This document shows, in pieces, positions 61,056 to 64,000 of a DNA stretch of 64,000 bases; the first letter of the stretch is position 1; each line of letters begins with the position of its first letter. The notes beneath the pieces were generated by a model that worked only from the letters and a program-made list of their open reading frames with translations, was not told the DNA's origin and did no database searches. The stretch is from positions 54,980-118,979 of the forward strand of contig CAZXVH010000001.1 of assembly GCA_964643965.1 (NCBI GenBank). The letters run 5' to 3'. A program made the position numbers and the translations under genes. The stretch is from an uncultured Ardenticatenaceae bacterium (GTDB taxonomy: Bacteria > Chloroflexota > Anaerolineae > Promineifilales > Promineifilaceae).

Positions 61056-64000
61056 ATGAACAGAATTGAGATCGCCCGCCGCTTTGCCGCTTATATTCCC
61101 GTGACCCTGGCCCGCCAGATCATGGAAGTGGGGCTGCCGGAACCGGGTATACCGCACCCCTTTGCCGCCGCCACCCTGTTCTCCGACATTTCTGGTTTTA
61201 CACACATGTCGGAGGAGTTGGCGTCTGACGGGCCGCGTGGCGCGGAAGAACTCAACCGGGTACTGTTGACCACCTTTACGGCCATGATCGATCTGATTCA
61301 TGAGATGGGCGGCGCGGTCAGTCATTTTTATGGGGATGCCATGTCGGTCTATTTTCCCGAGACGGAAGAGCAGGATGCGGCGCAGCGGGCGTTGGCCTGC
61401 GCCCAGACGATGCAATTGTTGATGGCCGCCAGTTTTAGCCGGGCGGTGACGAACCGGCCGCCAGGCAAAGAGCCTATTTTCCCGCTGACGATCAAAATTG
61501 GCGTGGGTTACGGCCGTTGTCAGGAAATTGTGGTGGGGGATGCAGCCAAGAATTTGGAGTTTGTGCTGACGGGAACGGCCGTTGATGAAGCCGCCGCCGC
61601 CGAGAGAAAAGCACAGGCAGGGGAAGTAGTCGCCAGCGCCCAGGTTTTGCGCCGGGCGGAGCTGCCAGCCGCCCCGGAATCAGGGCAGTTCCGGGTTGTC
61701 AGGGAACCTGTTCCCGCGCCCGTTTCCCGGTCTATTTTGGATTGGTCTCTGTATGATGAGACAGCGCTGATGTACCTGGAGTCGGCGGCGGCCGTTTTTA
61801 TCCCGGAAGCCATCGGGCAGCGTTTAACCGAGGGCGGCAGCGGCGAGATTGCTGAACACCGGCCGGTGACGAGCCTCTTTGTCGATTTTGCCTTTGTGAG
61901 GGATGGGGATGAGCAGTCTGATGTGGCAACGGCCGTTCAAGGAATTCTGCTGCATGATTATTTTCTCTGGGCCGGTAAAATCGTGGCCCGTTTTAGCGCA
62001 GAAAACGCCCGCATCAACCGCCTCCTCACCGGTGACAAGGGCAACCAACTGCACATCATCTTTGGCGCGCCGGTGGCCCCGGACGCGCCAGAGCAGGCCA
62101 TCCGCTGCGCCCTGGCTTTGCTGCGCGAAAAACCGGCCTATATCGCCTCCCAGCGCATCGGCCTGGCGGCGGGCAAGGTGTTTGCCGGGCCGGTTGGCTC
62201 TAGCGCCCGGCGCGAGTACACGGTGGTGGGGGATATGGTCAACTTGTCAGCGCGGCTGGCCCAGGCTTGCCCGGACGACTGCATTCTCACCAACCATATC
62301 ACCGCCGGCCGCGTGGCAAACTGGATTGAATTTGAAGTGCTGCCGCCCATTGCCTTAAAGGGCAAACAAGAGGCGGTGACGCCCTATCGACCCATCGGCG
62401 AACGCACCAGGCTGACCCAATTGCAAGTTTATTTTAACCAGGGAAAACGGCCGTTAGTAGGCCGAGAGTCAGAATTAGATTTACTTCTGGGTGGCATGGA
62501 TGCGGCGCTGCACCATGTCGGTGGCATCGCCGCCATCTTGGGCGCGGTAGGCGTCGGTAAAACCCGCTTGTTGGCGGAAGGCATCCACTATTGGTTAGAG
62601 GCAGGCGGCGCCGGCCTGGTCGGCATAGCCCAGCAGCATACCGCCGATGTGCCTTACGCCCCCTGGTTGAGTATTTTCCGCGACTTTTTTAATCTGCGTG
62701 TTGATATCAGTTTGGCGGTGCAGGCGGAACAGGTGGCGGCTCAAACCAAAGCTTTGCTGCCAGATGTGGGTGACGATGTGGCTTTATGGGGCGAAGTCTT
62801 GGGGCTGCCTGTTCCCGGTCAAGAACAACTGGCGCATATGTCGGCCGAGGTGCGGCACGCTCGCTTTATGGCATTGGCGCGACGCTGTTTCATCGCCTTT
62901 AGTGAGCGCACCCCCTTACTCATCATTTTGGAAGACACACACTGGGCGGATCAATCCAGCCTGGCCCTTTTAGATGAAGTCACCAAAGGCATTGAAGATC
63001 ACCGCCTCTTTTTTGCCGTCACCTTTCGGCTCGTCGATGATCTGACGGTAGAGATGTTGGACCGTCCTGCTTGTGTGCCTATTTTGCTCTCCGATCTGCC
63101 GCCGAACCATGCCCGAGACTTGTTGTTACACCTGGTCGGCGCCGAGCGCTTACCCCTGGCGGTGGAGCAGCATCTGGGGCTGCGAGACCGGGAAGGGGGA
63201 GACAGCCCGGTCAGCCCGCTGTTTCTGGAAGAGTCAGTGAATGTGCTGTTCAGCGCCGGCATTTTAGAGCGAAATGGTTCCCTGCGGGTGCATGAGGAGC
63301 GACTCCAGGAATTGCAAATCCCGGATACGATTCATGGGCTGCTGCTGGCGCGATTAGATCGGCTGCCGCCGGCCGGCCGGGACTTACTGCAAGTGGCTTC
63401 GGTGATTGGGCGGCAGTTTGCCTTAGAGCCGCTGTTTAACATTGCCCAGAGCGCCTCCACACAGCAAGTTTCCCAGTTGATGGAAGCGATGTCGGCTGAA
63501 GACATCACTCGCCTGGTAACCACGGATCCGGAGTGGATTTATCTGTTCCAACACGCGCTCACGCATGAAGTGGCCTATGAAAGTTTGCCCTATGCCCGGC
63601 GTCAGGCGCTGCACCACGCCCTGGCCGATTGGCTGGTGGTTCAACACAGGGACAATTTACGGTCATACTACCCCATCCTGGCTTACCATTACAGCCAGGC
63701 GGATAACCATGAGGCGGGTTTAAAGTATGCCCTGGGCGCGGGTCTGGATGCCCGAGATTTGTTCTCGAATCAAGAGGCGTTGGGCTTTTTTAACCTGGCG
63801 GAGAAACATTTGTTGGCCTTGGGCGAGGAAGAGAATTGGGAAACGGCCGTTGAGCTTTATCTGGCTCGTGGAGAAGTTTTGATTTTAACAGGAGATTTCA
63901 ATAAAGCTGTAGTCGATGCGGAAATAAGTTTAGCGCTTGCAGAAAAAAATCTTGTTCCGCAACAACAAGCACAAGCTTTGAATTTGCTTGCAGAGATAAA
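61056..64000 (+). CDS. Adenylate/guanylate cyclase domain(s) - AAA ATPase - TPR regulator, 3' end cut by window edge
   Basis: Not in the ORF track because no stop is reached. My translation from ATG 61056 gives MNRIEIARRFAAYIP...ATLFSDISGFTHMSEEL (cyclase 1), VTSLFVDF...GLAAGKVFAGPVGSSARREYTVVGDMVNLSARL (cyclase 2), LVGRESELDLL...ILGAVGVGKTRLL (P-loop), LIIILEDTHWADQSS (Walker B). Confidence 0.85.
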   Translation, partial: MNRIEIARRFAAYIPVTLARQIMEVGLPEPGIPHPFAAATLFSDISGFTHMSEELASDGPRGAEELNRVLLTTFTAMIDLIHEMGGAVSHFYGDAMSVYFPETEEQDAAQRALACAQTMQLLMAASFSRAVTNRPPGKEPIFPLTIKIGVGYGRCQEIVVGDAAKNLEFVLTGTAVDEAAAAERKAQAGEVVASAQVLRRAELPAAPESGQFRVVREPVPAPVSRSILDWSLYDETALMYLESAAAVFIPEAIGQRLTEGGSGEIAEHRPVTSLFVDFAFVRDGDEQSDVATAVQGILLHDYFLWAGKIVARFSAENARINRLLTGDKGNQLHIIFGAPVAPDAPEQAIRCALALLREKPAYIASQRIGLAAGKVFAGPVGSSARREYTVVGDMVNLSARLAQACPDDCILTNHITAGRVANWIEFEVLPPIALKGKQEAVTPYRPIGERTRLTQLQVYFNQGKRPLVGRESELDLLLGGMDAALHHVGGIAAILGAVGVGKTRLLAEGIHYWLEAGGAGLVGIAQQHTADVPYAPWLSIFRDFFNLRVDISLAVQAEQVAAQTKALLPDVGDDVALWGEVLGLPVPGQEQLAHMSAEVRHARFMALARRCFIAFSERTPLLIILEDTHWADQSSLALLDEVTKGIEDHRLFFAVTFRLVDDLTVEMLDRPACVPILLSDLPPNHARDLLLHLVGAERLPLAVEQHLGLRDREGGDSPVSPLFLEESVNVLFSAGILERNGSLRVHEERLQELQIPDTIHGLLLARLDRLPPAGRDLLQVASVIGRQFALEPLFNIAQSASTQQVSQLMEAMSAEDITRLVTTDPEWIYLFQHALTHEVAYESLPYARRQALHHALADWLVVQHRDNLRSYYPILAYHYSQADNHEAGLKYALGAGLDARDLFSNQEALGFFNLAEKHLLALGEEENWETAVELYLARGEVLILTGDFNKAVVDAEISLALAEKNLVPQQQAQALNLLAEI

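Noticed and set aside
1-64000. tRNA, rRNA, tmRNA, RNase P or known riboswitch genes, and IS elements, transposases or integrases
   Set aside because: I scanned the intergenic regions by eye. I saw no cloverleaf-like tRNA candidates, no conserved rRNA words and no transposase- or integrase-like ORFs. A covariance-model scan (tRNAscan/Infernal) would be needed to be certain about small RNAs, especially in 59294-59650 and 30560-30920.

Overview
GC-rich (by eye about 55-60% GC) bacterial chromosomal segment with about 50 protein genes. I saw no rRNA, tRNA, CRISPR array, transposase or integrase. Taxon is a low-confidence guess: gene content and repeat style suggest a filamentous Chloroflexota-like organism.

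Gene order:
- 5'-truncated giant S8 protease, glnS, a small membrane protein, and a decayed mazEF-like locus.
- SAM methyltransferase, deoxynucleoside kinase, rpsU, and small HhH and membrane proteins.
- A large methyltransferase-domain protein, a 1367-aa STAND NTPase-TM-14xWD40 protein, an RlmI-like methyltransferase, and thrB.
- An AT-rich BglII/BstYI-like type II restriction-modification island.
- pdhABC-like 2-oxoacid dehydrogenase genes, response regulator plus hybrid kinase, and a PucR-type regulator.
- A branched-chain amino-acid cluster: ilvB-ilvN-ilvC-leuA-(methyltransferase)-leuC-leuD-cimA. It is separated from leuB by an insert of toxin-antitoxin modules, a J-domain protein and ybaK.
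- Three tandem phosphofructokinase paralogs, one of them a eukaryote-like double-domain enzyme, and a secreted SH3b/propeller protein.
- A UbiD-family decarboxylase, NhaP antiporter, USP-like protein and fused aconitase-X.
- Two more toxin-antitoxin cassettes, a membrane protein, and a 3'-truncated adenylate-cyclase/AAA/TPR regulator.

Most interesting signals:
1. The 10-nt palindrome AACGGCCGTT occurs at least 50 times, in all reading frames and in intergenic DNA. This is a HIP1/USS-like genomic word.
2. Intergenic DNA is dominated by 6-8-nt tandem repeat arrays and GC-rich hairpins placed just before ribosome-binding sites.
3. A UbiD-like decarboxylase lies near a fused AcnX. This could be the dehydratase/decarboxylase pair of the archaeal-type mevalonate pathway.
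4. The PFK trio.
5. Four toxin genes are inactivated (three single-nucleotide frameshifts and one truncation-fusion) while their antitoxin partners stay intact.
6. A Leu/Ile/Val-rich 28-codon mini-ORF sits between intrinsic terminators upstream of ilvB.

All calls come from reading the sequence and translations. No searches were run.
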